NCBI GenBank assembly: GCA_963841015.1
Contig: CAWJAX010000004.1
Coordinates: forward strand, 102,267 to 166,266
Length of the DNA: 64,000 nucleotides
DNA from: an uncultured Methanoregulaceae archaeon
GTDB lineage: Archaea; Halobacteriota; Methanomicrobia; Methanomicrobiales; Methanospirillaceae
Direction of reading: 5' to 3'
A model generated the notes under the pieces. That model did no database searches, was not told the DNA's origin, and saw only the letters and a program-made list of their open reading frames with translations. The position numbers and the translations under genes were made by a program. This document shows, piece after piece, positions 52,484-61,643 of this stretch (its first letter is position 1; every line of letters begins with the position of its first letter).

Positions 52484-54712
52484 CTATATACCATCCCAGT
52501 CACCGACCAAGGGTGTATCGCTTGATATGCCATACCCAAACACCAGATCTGCATTCCCGCCTGCATTGTTGTTCTTGAGGTAAAACATGCCATTACGGTT
52601 GATGCCTGCAGTGTCAATGCCATCTCCATCCCAGTCACCAACTAAGGGTGTATCAGTTGATATGCCATACCCAAACACCAGATCTGCATTCCCGCCTGCA
52701 TTGTTGTTCTTGAGGTAAAACATGCCATTACGGTAGATGCCTGCAGTGTCAATGCCATCTCCATCCCAGTCACCAACTAAGGGTGTATCGGTTGATATGC
52801 CATACCCAAACACCAGATCTGCATTCCCGCCTGCATTGTTGTTCTTGAGGTAAAACATGCCATTACGGTAGATGCCTGCAGTGTCAATGCCATCTCCATC
52901 CCAGTCACCAACTAAGGGTGTATCAGTTGATATGCCATACCCAAACACCAGATCTGCATTCCCGCCTGCATTGTTGTTCTTGAGGTAAAACATGCTATTA
53001 CGGTAGATGCCTGCAGTGTCAATGCCATCTCCATCCCAGTCACCAACTAAGGGTGTATCAGTTGATATGCCATACCCAAACACCAGATCTGCATTCCCGC
53101 CTGCATTGTTGTTCTTGAGGTAAAACATGCCATTACGGTAGATGCCTACTGTAGCCGTCTGATTAACAACTGTCGAAATGACGCTGATATAATTTGATTT
53201 TATTTCGCTATCGCTCCCACCCGTTCCAGTAACTGTGAGGTTAACACTGTAAGTTCCTGCAGAGGAATACCTGTGGGACGGGTTGGTAGCTGCCACGTAA
53301 TTGGAAATATTACCGTCGCCAAAATCCCACCGCCGGTTGGTGATCGAAGTTCCCGTGGATGAATCAGTGAACGTGACAGTAAGGGGTGCTGTGCCTGACC
53401 GTGGAGTTGCGGAAAACGCTGCCACCGGAGCGATGGGCGCTGCTGATACCGTGATATACCCGGCTTTCACCTCATTATCACTCCCAGCCGCATTTGTCAC
53501 CGTAAGCTTCACGGTGTAGGTTCCGGCTGCACCATACTGATAACTCGGATTCTTGAGAGTGCTGTCCAGGCTCCCATCGTTCTGGAAATCCCACGCATAC
53601 GAGAGAGGTGCCGTTCCGGTTGATGCATCAGTGAACGTAACATTAAGGGGTGCTGTGCCTGACCGGGGTGTTGCGGAAAATGCTGCCACCGGAGCTACGG
53701 GCGCTGCAGATACGGTGATATACCCGGCTTTCACCTCATTATCACTCCCAGCAGCATTTGTCACCGTAAGCTTCACGGTGTAGGTTCTGGCTGCAGGATA
53801 CTGATAACTCGGGTTCTTGAGAGTGCTGTCCACACTTCCATCGTTCTGGAAATCCCACGCATACGAGAGAGGTGCCGTTCCGGTTGACTGATCAGTAAAC
53901 GTGACAGTAAGTGGTGCGGTACCAGACCGGGGTGTTGCGGAAAATGCTGCCACAGGAGGTGAAGGCGGGGAATCATCGCTGTAGATGAACACATCTGAAA
54001 TATATTTGATAGATAGTCCGGTGGTTGTTGGATATCGTTCATTCCCGTCAAAATAGTAGTACCAGTATTGAGGATCCGCTGACTCATGCCAGTCATAATT
54101 GCCCATTGCATGAATTCCCCAGGGGTTGACGGAAGTGTCGGCAAAAAAGACCAGTTTCATACCATCAGCGTACCCGCTGTCAACATACTGACCATCCCTG
54201 TACCACGTAATCACCATCGGACCCTGTCGGGAGGCGTACTGGTACACATTGGTATAAGCAAAAGATTTCGTAAGTCCATCGCTCGCCCGAAGGGTCAGAT
54301 ACTCTCCCTCATTCATACCACCCACAAGATCACAGAGGTTTTTAAGATTGGTCCCCTTTACGGCACCCTGATCCTTTTCCTGGACATTCGTATTTTCACC
54401 CAGGTTCCAACGAAGCTGCTCTTCAACTAACGGATCAGGATTATCCAGAAAGACCGGCCCCTGCGCATAATAATGAATCGTTCCATCTCCAAGAATTGGA
54501 AGGTTGGATTGCAACCACTGGTAACTTTTGGTTGTTTCGTTCAGGACGGTTGTGCCATCATTTGCGTACCTGACAATATGGATTGATGTGGTCGCCGCAG
54601 TGACGGGGAGAGAAATGATCATCAAAAATCCAAACAGGATTGTCAAAATACACCCGCGTCGTATTAACCGTTCCTTGCATCCCCATCTATGCTGATCCTT
54701 TTTTTCAATCAT
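52484..54712 (-). CDS. Secreted protein: type-A molybdopterin-binding-like domain + 3 PKD domains + 5 GDWDGDG repeats
   Basis: Signal peptide; ATTSIHIVRYANDG...GLSIKYISDVFIY; PVAAFSATPRSGTAPL.V.FTD...WDF x3; 45-aa repeats. Confidence 0.88.
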   Translation of the reverse strand: MIEKKDQHRWGCKERLIRRGCILTILFGFLMIISLPVTAATTSIHIVRYANDGTTVLNETTKSYQWLQSNLPILGDGTIHYYAQGPVFLDNPDPLVEEQLRWNLGENTNVQEKDQGAVKGTNLKNLCDLVGGMNEGEYLTLRASDGLTKSFAYTNVYQYASRQGPMVITWYRDGQYVDSGYADGMKLVFFADTSVNPWGIHAMGNYDWHESADPQYWYYYFDGNERYPTTTGLSIKYISDVFIYSDDSPPSPPVAAFSATPRSGTAPLTVTFTDQSTGTAPLSYAWDFQNDGSVDSTLKNPSYQYPAARTYTVKLTVTNAAGSDNEVKAGYITVSAAPVAPVAAFSATPRSGTAPLNVTFTDASTGTAPLSYAWDFQNDGSLDSTLKNPSYQYGAAGTYTVKLTVTNAAGSDNEVKAGYITVSAAPIAPVAAFSATPRSGTAPLTVTFTDSSTGTSITNRRWDFGDGNISNYVAATNPSHRYSSAGTYSVNLTVTGTGGSDSEIKSNYISVISTVVNQTATVGIYRNGMFYLKNNNAGGNADLVFGYGISTDTPLVGDWDGDGIDTAGIYRNSMFYLKNNNAGGNADLVFGYGISTDTPLVGDWDGDGIDTAGIYRNGMFYLKNNNAGGNADLVFGYGISTDTPLVGDWDGDGIDTAGIYRNGMFYLKNNNAGGNADLVFGYGISTDTPLVGDWDGDGIDTAGINRNGMFYLKNNNAGGNADLVFGYGISSDTPLVGDWDGI
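52490..53147 (-). repeat. Coding tandem repeat, 135-bp (45-aa) unit x5
   Basis: GIYRNGMFYLKNNNAGGNADLVFGYGISTDTPLVGDWDGDGIDTA. Confidence 0.92.
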
Positions 54713-54769
54713 AGGCAGAGTGGTTAATTGATTGTCCTTTCATATATTTTTTGATATATTCGTTCTGAA

Positions 54770-54789
54770 GTTAAAATAAAATGTTTAAC
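54770..54789. promoter_or_regulatory. Candidate operator GTTAA-N10-TTAAC (perfect palindrome)
   Basis: 58-77 nt upstream of ATG 54712, within an 83-bp intergenic gap. Confidence 0.55.
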
Positions 54790-54795
54790 CATGTT

Positions 54796-56145
54796 CTAAA
54801 CCTGAAGTCCATGCAGAATGCAGTAAGGAATCTGTTCCGTTGAAAAATCATAATCGGAGGAAACAAGGCTGTTTTTACAGCTGAATACACTGGATAGAAT
54901 CGGTAAGGGTATTGATGAAATTATTTGGTGATTCGTGAGTTGAACGGGTTTTTTGAACTCAATCCGATCAATAACTGTATTTATGGGGAAGATCCGCGTC
55001 ACAGTCCGTAAGTCTGGTGAAACTTCTGCAACCTGTATGACATCGATCTGAAGGGATTCAGTTGCCGGATTTATTGTAATCCGGCTGTAACCAAGAGAAT
55101 TTTCCAGGCTCCTGACCGAACCATCCATCGTTTTTTCGCTTAACCGGTATGCCGGAGCACCCCCTCGTCCTTCTGTGATATACTGTATCCCGGATTGTTC
55201 AATTCTCTCGTATGCATGGACATGTCCGTTGAAGACTGCACTCACATTTTCCGAAAGGAGTATCGGTTCAAACACCTTCTGGAGGTTCTCGAATCCCCCG
55301 AAGTGGTTTGCCTCAGAAGTATACAGGGGATGATGAACGATCACAATGTTCCATTTGTTGCTTGACGCTAGATCTGGTTTTAGCCAACGGGCCTGTTCCG
55401 GGAGAGTGAACCTGGCATAATCGGTTGAATCGATAACCGCAATATGTGCATCACCGCAGTCAAATGAGTACATGCCATCCGTACCAAAGTGGTCCTTCAG
55501 AAGCGAAAGGTTTGCATCGTGGTTTCCCCTCACTACGGCATACGTTGTCGTTGCAAACAGCATTTTTCCGGCAGTAAAAAACCTGTCCCATTCCCCCGGG
55601 TCATCAGGATTACTGACGAGGTCACCGGTATTGATTACAAAAGATATGTTGGGTTCTTGGCTGATGCGGTCCGCTACGATTTTGTGCCGTTCTGTCTGGG
55701 TGAAATACGGCGCCTGTTCCCGGGTATCACCATAGACGATGAATGAACACGACCCGTTTTCAGGAAATGTCCAAAAGCTCAGGTTACCGATCGTATCAGT
55801 ACCTGATTGCAGGGCATAGTGATACCTCATCCCTTCTTCAAGACCCGTAAGCAAAATCATAGGAGATGGGGATGTTTTGTTAACAATAACTGCATGATCG
55901 TATGACCCGGTTTGGAGGTAGTACGATTCATTGGCATAGAGCAGGTTATCAGGGACAACATTATGCGGGTACCACCGGATAACTGTTGAATTGTGGGTAG
56001 TAGATGTGACGTAGGAAACGACAGTGGCATCTGCTCCTGCATATTGATCTGATGCTCCGCTCATGACGACTGCACTTCCTGGTAGTATCAGGAGCCAGCC
56101 AGCCAGTAGTATAAGAGCACCCGCAAGGTAAACAAGAGATCGCAT
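54796..56145 (-). CDS. Secreted metallophosphoesterase (purple acid phosphatase-like)
   Basis: Signal peptide from ATG 56145; YGD, TGDLV, GNHD, HHP, GHVH motifs. Confidence 0.88.
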   Translation of the reverse strand: MRSLVYLAGALILLAGWLLILPGSAVVMSGASDQYAGADATVVSYVTSTTHNSTVIRWYPHNVVPDNLLYANESYYLQTGSYDHAVIVNKTSPSPMILLTGLEEGMRYHYALQSGTDTIGNLSFWTFPENGSCSFIVYGDTREQAPYFTQTERHKIVADRISQEPNISFVINTGDLVSNPDDPGEWDRFFTAGKMLFATTTYAVVRGNHDANLSLLKDHFGTDGMYSFDCGDAHIAVIDSTDYARFTLPEQARWLKPDLASSNKWNIVIVHHPLYTSEANHFGGFENLQKVFEPILLSENVSAVFNGHVHAYERIEQSGIQYITEGRGGAPAYRLSEKTMDGSVRSLENSLGYSRITINPATESLQIDVIQVAEVSPDLRTVTRIFPINTVIDRIEFKKPVQLTNHQIISSIPLPILSSVFSCKNSLVSSDYDFSTEQIPYCILHGLQV

Positions 56146-56152
56146 TTTCAGA

Positions 56153-57229
56153 TCATTCCCCTCCTTCCAAAAGATGCACATCCTCGGAACGAAAAAGGGC
56201 TAAACGATGTTCGCCAGGTGACGGGATAGGGGTGAATCCATTATTCCGTTTTATCACTGCCATCAAGGTGAGGACACCTCCGATACGAATTTTCACCGAA
56301 TGTTCCATCGGGAGTATATCTGTCACGATACCGGAAACAGCGTTCCAAGCAGTGTCAACAGTGACACGCGGTTCCTCAACAAGTGACACCTGTTCGCCGG
56401 CGATCCCGATAGTCACGGATGCCCCCACAGGAGTGGTGCCTTTGAGGGTAATCTGATAGCCCCCAATATCGATAGTGGAGGAAGTGCCATCGCAACTGAG
56501 TACTGTGCCCCTGAATATATTGTCAATACCTGCATAGTGCGCCGCTGCCGGGGATCGTGGAGTACGGAAAATGTCATCCGCAGAACCGGTCTGGACGAGA
56601 GATCCATCGATAATAAGTGCAACACGATCGCTGACGCCATAGGCCTCCCCGCGTGAGTGACTCACCTGCAGAATGGTCAGGTTCTGGCTTTTTTTTACCG
56701 CCAGCATCATCCGCATACATTCTTCGCGTGTCCGGGGGTCAAGCGCTGCAAAAGGCTCATCGAGAAGAAGAATTTCGGGTTTTACTGCAAGCGCCCGCGC
56801 CAGCGCAACCCGCTGCTGCTCTCCCCCGCTCATTGAGGATGGATAGTGATCGACAAGGTGAGAGATGTTAAATTCTTTGAGCAGTGATCGCACCCGGAGT
56901 TCAGTTTCAGGCTCTGCAATCCTTTGCAGTCTCAGGCCAAAAGCAATGTTTTCAAACGCTGTCATGTGAGGGAACAGTGAATAGTCCTGATAGACAATTG
57001 CGATGCGTCTTTTTTCAGGAGGGATGCCGCTGGCATCGAAGCCATCAAGGAGAATTCTTCCGCTGTCCGGGAACCGGAGACCGGCAATAGTTTCTAAAAG
57101 GACCGTCTTTCCAGCCCCGGAAGGACCCATAATGACCAGATATTCACCTTTGCTGATTCGGAGATTTACATCCTGCAGACTGAATTCCCCGAGCGCAAGG
57201 GATACCTGCTCAAGCACGATCATGGTCAT
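56153..57229 (-). CDS. wtpC: Tungstate/molybdate ABC transporter ATP-binding protein
   Basis: GPSGAGKT, YQDYSLFPH, MSGGEQQR, LLDEP; C-terminal TOBE-like domain. Confidence 0.85.
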   Translation of the reverse strand: MTMIVLEQVSLALGEFSLQDVNLRISKGEYLVIMGPSGAGKTVLLETIAGLRFPDSGRILLDGFDASGIPPEKRRIAIVYQDYSLFPHMTAFENIAFGLRLQRIAEPETELRVRSLLKEFNISHLVDHYPSSMSGGEQQRVALARALAVKPEILLLDEPFAALDPRTREECMRMMLAVKKSQNLTILQVSHSRGEAYGVSDRVALIIDGSLVQTGSADDIFRTPRSPAAAHYAGIDNIFRGTVLSCDGTSSTIDIGGYQITLKGTTPVGASVTIGIAGEQVSLVEEPRVTVDTAWNAVSGIVTDILPMEHSVKIRIGGVLTLMAVIKRNNGFTPIPSPGEHRLALFRSEDVHLLEGGE

Positions 57230-58022
57230 ACCTCCCCACCGTCCGGGTTAACCACCGGAAGACAACGAACACCGCAATACAGATAATGATCATGATGAAG
57301 GCAACACTCCTGCTCTCTGCAAGCCCACCGGTCGTGAACCGCTGGTAGATGAGAGTGGACACAACCATCGGGAAGTATGCGATCATAATCACGGCCGCAA
57401 ATTCCCCGACTGCACGTCCCCATGCAAGTAATGAGCCGGAGAGCAGGTGGCGGGTGGACAGGGGGAGGGTGATACTCCGGAATGCATGGAACCGGGTCGC
57501 TCCCAGCGTCCGGGCAACATTTTCGAGATGGACCGGGACCTTTTCAAAGCCTTCCCTCAAGGCGTTGATATAATAGGGTGATGAGACAAAAATCATGGCC
57601 ACCACAATTCCGGCGAATGCATCTTCAAACACGATCCCGATACTGTTAAAAGGAGCACCGATAGGACCACGGGACATAAACAGGAGATATACCATGAGCC
57701 CGGCTACGGTGTGCGGTAATGCAAGCGGAATATCGACTATGTTCTCAACAATCCCTTTCCCGCGGAAAGTGCTCCGTGCCAGCACATAGGCAAGAGGTGT
57801 ACCAAAAATTACGAGGAAGACTACCGCCATCAGTGCCGCAACCATGGTAATAAGTATCGCTTCGATAACATCAGACTCTGTTGCCACCGAGACGAGGTGG
57901 GACAGGTCTGTCAGTTCCGGCACCGCGATGCTCAGGAGCGCCATGATGGTAATGACGATAATGATACTCCCCATGAGCCAGAATAACGTCAGGCACGAAT
58001 CATACCGGATAGTGGTTGCCAT
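57210..58022 (-). CDS. wtpB: Tungstate/molybdate ABC transporter permease
   Basis: GTPLAYVLAR..F.GK...VDIPLALPHTVAG; ARTLGA; WGRAVGEF. Confidence 0.88.
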   Translation of the reverse strand: MATTIRYDSCLTLFWLMGSIIIVITIMALLSIAVPELTDLSHLVSVATESDVIEAILITMVAALMAVVFLVIFGTPLAYVLARSTFRGKGIVENIVDIPLALPHTVAGLMVYLLFMSRGPIGAPFNSIGIVFEDAFAGIVVAMIFVSSPYYINALREGFEKVPVHLENVARTLGATRFHAFRSITLPLSTRHLLSGSLLAWGRAVGEFAAVIMIAYFPMVVSTLIYQRFTTGGLAESRSVAFIMIIICIAVFVVFRWLTRTVGRYDHDRA

Positions 58023-58078
58023 AATTGAAGAATTCCCTCACTTCACATCTGGTTTTAATAGTTCAGGTGACCACCTGA

Positions 58079-59089
58079 TCAGTTCAGTGATGCAGGCCAT
58101 CCCTTCCCCCCAATCTTTGCCTTTTGGATAACAAGATCCTCAAATTCCTGTGCGAGCTCCTGGTTTGGTGCATTATTCGGAATGGTGACTGCATAGACTA
58201 TTGGCTGCCCTGTCCTGTCCTGTCCTATAGCACTGAACCGCTTAAATCCAAGGATCACTTTGACCGTTCCGTACTCATCTGCAAAGTCCGTTGAGCTTAA
58301 ATCAATTTCCGGCGGGAGATTTATCCACCGGAGATCATGCCCTTCAGCTACGCTCCGGTATTCGAACGCGTAATCGATGCCCCCGGCCTCGAGATGGGAC
58401 AGGACAAAGATGCTCCCATCACGGATCACGAGTTTTTCATCTGATGGACGGAGCACTTCCGGAAGCCTGACGGTCATTATTCCGCCGATATCCTCTGCCA
58501 CCAGCGGGGGTGTGAAGTGGCTTCCGATAAGCACGGGGAATATTGTTGAGTTCTGGTAATACCGGTCAGCGAGCAGGGTGACCATGATAGAGCGATACCC
58601 GGCTGCATCGAGCATAGGGTTGGAAATCCCAATACGCACGTCAGGGCGTGAAAGCACCTGGTACCAGTTTTCTGAGGTAATCTCATCAGCGTACCTGCTT
58701 TTGTTGGTAAATGCGATCACCATCGAATTGGTCGCAAATGGTGTGTAGGTATCGGTAAAATTTGTACCGGTCGCCGGATCCGGCCGGAACATGAGGTCGG
58801 GAATCAGGGACGCATCCGCAACGGCGACGACATCAATTCGCCGGTGGAGATCGGTGACCTGCCGGATTGCCTGGATGCTCCCGTGTCCTTCCACCTGGAC
58901 ATCAACATCCGGGTGCTGTGCTTCAAAGGTTTTTTCCACTTCGTCAAACGGTTGCAGCAGGCTTCCTGCCGGGACCACCTTGAGTACTGTTTTTGGCTGT
59001 TGTTCATTTGAGCTGCACCCGGCAATACTGCACAGCAGGACAATCAGGCAGAATGACGCCAGCATCCAGGTTAAGCGTGGAGCACTCAT
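58079..59089 (-). CDS. wtpA: Tungstate ABC transporter substrate-binding lipoprotein
   Basis: Lipobox IAGC; AGSL, GS, DVVAVAD, SNP.LD.AGYR, DYAFEYRSVA..H.L.WI.LP.EIDL (WtpA-type rather than ModA). Confidence 0.88.
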   Translation of the reverse strand: MSAPRLTWMLASFCLIVLLCSIAGCSSNEQQPKTVLKVVPAGSLLQPFDEVEKTFEAQHPDVDVQVEGHGSIQAIRQVTDLHRRIDVVAVADASLIPDLMFRPDPATGTNFTDTYTPFATNSMVIAFTNKSRYADEITSENWYQVLSRPDVRIGISNPMLDAAGYRSIMVTLLADRYYQNSTIFPVLIGSHFTPPLVAEDIGGIMTVRLPEVLRPSDEKLVIRDGSIFVLSHLEAGGIDYAFEYRSVAEGHDLRWINLPPEIDLSSTDFADEYGTVKVILGFKRFSAIGQDRTGQPIVYAVTIPNNAPNQELAQEFEDLVIQKAKIGGKGWPASLN

Positions 59090-59673
59090 TTCTTTTTTAT
59101 CTCAATATTATTTACCCATTTGACCCATGCGCTACCCTCGGTGATGACTCCTGGATTTTCCGATACAATGGCGATGCGGGCCGGTCCCCCGTCATCATAA
59201 GAGACCGGTTTTTTATCCTGTTCATACATGAGAATAATCCGAAGCGAAGGGGAGGGAATTTCTTTCAGATCCGAATTAAATGTCACGAATCCCTTTCCTT
59301 CCAGCTGTTCAGCATCAAATACCCACATATAACCATCGGGTGCCGAGATCCAGACCTGGTCATCAGTACTTATTCCTCCGACTTCGGCGATCAGATCCCT
59401 GAGATCGACACCGGTACAGAGATACGGCCCGAACCGAATTCCCGTTGTGGACACAGCATAGCAGTGTCCGGTTGCAACCGGGAACCTGCGGAGATCATCG
59501 ATTGTTAACATTTTTTCTTGGGTACCATTCAGCGTCAGGTGCCAGTCTTTGATTGCCGGGTCTGTTCCCTGCACTGGGGAGTCTTTTGCATTCGATGTGC
59601 ATCCGGAAAAGGTTGTGGACATAAGGAGGACAAGAGTGAAAGCACAAAACAGCAGCATTTTCCTTGTGATCAT
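59086..59673 (-). CDS. Lipoprotein with a sulfite-oxidase-family molybdopterin-binding-like domain
   Basis: Lipobox FSGC; WHLTLNG...TIDDL, TGVDLRDL, APDGY, ILMYEQD..P...GGPARI, WVKWVNNIEI. Confidence 0.8.
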   Translation of the reverse strand: MITRKMLLFCAFTLVLLMSTTFSGCTSNAKDSPVQGTDPAIKDWHLTLNGTQEKMLTIDDLRRFPVATGHCYAVSTTGIRFGPYLCTGVDLRDLIAEVGGISTDDQVWISAPDGYMWVFDAEQLEGKGFVTFNSDLKEIPSPSLRIILMYEQDKKPVSYDDGGPARIAIVSENPGVITEGSAWVKWVNNIEIKKK

Positions 59674-60512
59674 TTCTTACACCTCTGAAAACACACGATT
59701 CCAGATAGAATCAGAACCGCTGAAAATGAGAGAAAAACAAACTGGTTCGCCGTTGGGGTCGGTTGTGTTGTTGGAGGTGCAGGGTAGGTTTCATCCATCT
59801 TGGACTGATACGATTTGGGAAGCAAATCTGCCGAACCGTTGTACCCTCCCGGGTAAATCCGAATTTCGTCCACCCATTTTACCGTGTAGCCGCCTGTGGA
59901 TGGATAAAGATTGTCAAAGAGGTGGATTGTTTCTACCGGCATAACTTCCCGCATATCTGTATTCCCGAAAACGTGTTTTCCCTCCCGGTTTATTGAATTA
60001 TCAGCAAAGAAGACAAGCCGCATACCGACGTGGTAACCAGGTGGGTACCCTGTCCCCTGCCGTTCACCGACAGAAGATTCTTCACCATTGAACCAGGCGA
60101 CCGTGATTGCACCCTGGCGGGGATCAGGTTTGTAAATATTGCCATAGGGAAACTCCACGTGATACCCGTCACCGGATTTTATCATAATTTCATCACCCGG
60201 TGCCATACCACCCAGCAAATCAGCGAGATCCCTGACTGCTGTCCCTTTCACTGCTCCCAAATCTTTGAAGTTGGTTGTTTCTTTCCTGTCCCACTGGTCT
60301 TCTTTCAGATCAGTAAAGACCGGGCCCTGATGATAGTAATGGGTTTTCCCATCGCCCTGCACCGGCAGGTTTGCTTCCATCCACTGATAATCAACGGTCG
60401 TTTCGTTGAGGACTGTAGTGCCATCTGCGGCATATTTCACCACGTGGACTGTTGTGGTGGGTGCTGCAACGGTGGCGTTTACAAGTCCGCAGAGCAGGAT
60501 CACACCAATCAA
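59670..60512 (-). CDS. Membrane-anchored stand-alone type-A domain protein
   Basis: TTTVHVVKYAADG...KGTAVRDLADLLGGM...SGDGY...YTVKWVDEIRIY; C-terminal TM. True start may be ATG 60591/60585 via another indel. Confidence 0.8.
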   Translation of the reverse strand: MIGVILLCGLVNATVAAPTTTVHVVKYAADGTTVLNETTVDYQWMEANLPVQGDGKTHYYHQGPVFTDLKEDQWDRKETTNFKDLGAVKGTAVRDLADLLGGMAPGDEIMIKSGDGYHVEFPYGNIYKPDPRQGAITVAWFNGEESSVGERQGTGYPPGYHVGMRLVFFADNSINREGKHVFGNTDMREVMPVETIHLFDNLYPSTGGYTVKWVDEIRIYPGGYNGSADLLPKSYQSKMDETYPAPPTTQPTPTANQFVFLSFSAVLILSGIVCFQRCKK

Positions 60513-60587
60513 TAAAGGTAATAGTCTGATCCCATACCTTGGTTGTTTTAGCTCTATCGTATACGTAAAAAGTTCCGGAGTTCATAC

Positions 60588-61466
60588 TCATACCCTCTTG
60601 TGCATAAGGTATCCAGGCACGCCGCAGGCTGCCAGAGAAAATAGAATCGTAAAAGGTGAGATCCCTGCCTGAGTCGGGACTGCAACCGCTGCGGTTGTGG
60701 GCGTGCGAGCCGGTTCTCCCTGGACAGGGCTATGGGAATAGATCAGGATGTCAGAGATGTACTGGACCGAGAGCCCGGTAGTTGTCGGGTACTTCTCGTC
60801 CCCCTGCCGGTAATAATACCATTGTTCGGGAGCCGCAGATTCATGCCAGTCATAATTCCCGAAGGCATGGATCCCCCAGGGATTGGTGGAAGTGTCAGCA
60901 AAAAAGATCAGGCGCATTCCCGTCCGGTACTGGGGTACATATCCTTCTGTGTCATGATACCATGCTATCACCATGGGACCCTGCCGTGAAGAGGGGGTGT
61001 AGACGTTTTCGTAGGCAAATGTTTTGGTAAATCCATCCTCGGCCTTGATTTTTATCACATCCCCAGGAGCCATCCCCCCTGCCATATCGCAGAGATCTTT
61101 GAGATTTGTGCCTTTGACAGCCCCCATGTCCTTTTCCTGCACATTTTTATCTTCTGCTGCATTCCAGCGAAGGCGTTCTTCACGAGCCGGATCAGCATCG
61201 TCAACGAAAACCGGTCCCTGGTGATAGTAATGGGTCTTCCCGTCTCCCATAACCGGGAGGTTTGTTTCCATCCACTGGTACGTTACGGTCGTTTCATTGA
61301 TCACGGTCACGTTATCAGCTGCGTATCTGGCTATGTGGACCTGTGTCGTTCCAGCAGATACTGCCGCTGTGAGTGAAACTAGAACACAGCAGAAGACTAG
61401 CGAAAAAAATATCATTCGGTAAAACCGTTGCACCTTCCAACCCCCTGGTGATTGCTGATATTGCAT
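60588..61466 (-). CDS. Membrane-anchored stand-alone type-A domain protein
   Basis: TTQVHIARYAADN...KGTNLKDLCDMAGGM...AEDGF...GLSVQYISDILIY; Thr-rich linker + hydrophobic tail. Confidence 0.82.
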   Translation of the reverse strand: MQYQQSPGGWKVQRFYRMIFFSLVFCCVLVSLTAAVSAGTTQVHIARYAADNVTVINETTVTYQWMETNLPVMGDGKTHYYHQGPVFVDDADPAREERLRWNAAEDKNVQEKDMGAVKGTNLKDLCDMAGGMAPGDVIKIKAEDGFTKTFAYENVYTPSSRQGPMVIAWYHDTEGYVPQYRTGMRLIFFADTSTNPWGIHAFGNYDWHESAAPEQWYYYRQGDEKYPTTTGLSVQYISDILIYSHSPVQGEPARTPTTAAVAVPTQAGISPFTILFSLAACGVPGYLMHKRV

Positions 61467-61520
61467 CCAGTAGTTGTGAATGGGCGAGAAAGTCTTATAA
61501 ATATTATATTTTGTAATTTA

Positions 61521-61540
61521 GTTAACTATTTGTTGTTAAT
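61521..61540. promoter_or_regulatory. Candidate operator GTTAA-N10-TTAAT
   Basis: 55-74 nt upstream of ATG 61466, just upstream of a TATA-like TTTATAA (61496-61502, minus strand). Confidence 0.5.
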
Positions 61541-61643
61541 TCTCTGGTATTTGCTAACCGTCCACTCCTGAAAGCAATTGAGTACGATTACATAAAAAGA
61601 TCTTAAGATTTCCATTTAGCCGGTTTGCGCTCTGCAAAGCACT

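Noticed and set aside
44668-53147. Regular tandem repeats as a possible CRISPR array
   Set aside because: Units are 135/315/435 bp, multiples of three, in-frame within ORFs and have no unique spacers; no cas genes in the window
44665-54712. Near-identical repeats as diversity-generating retroelement template/variable regions
   Set aside because: No reverse transcriptase in the window, and differences between copies are mostly synonymous and not adenine-specific
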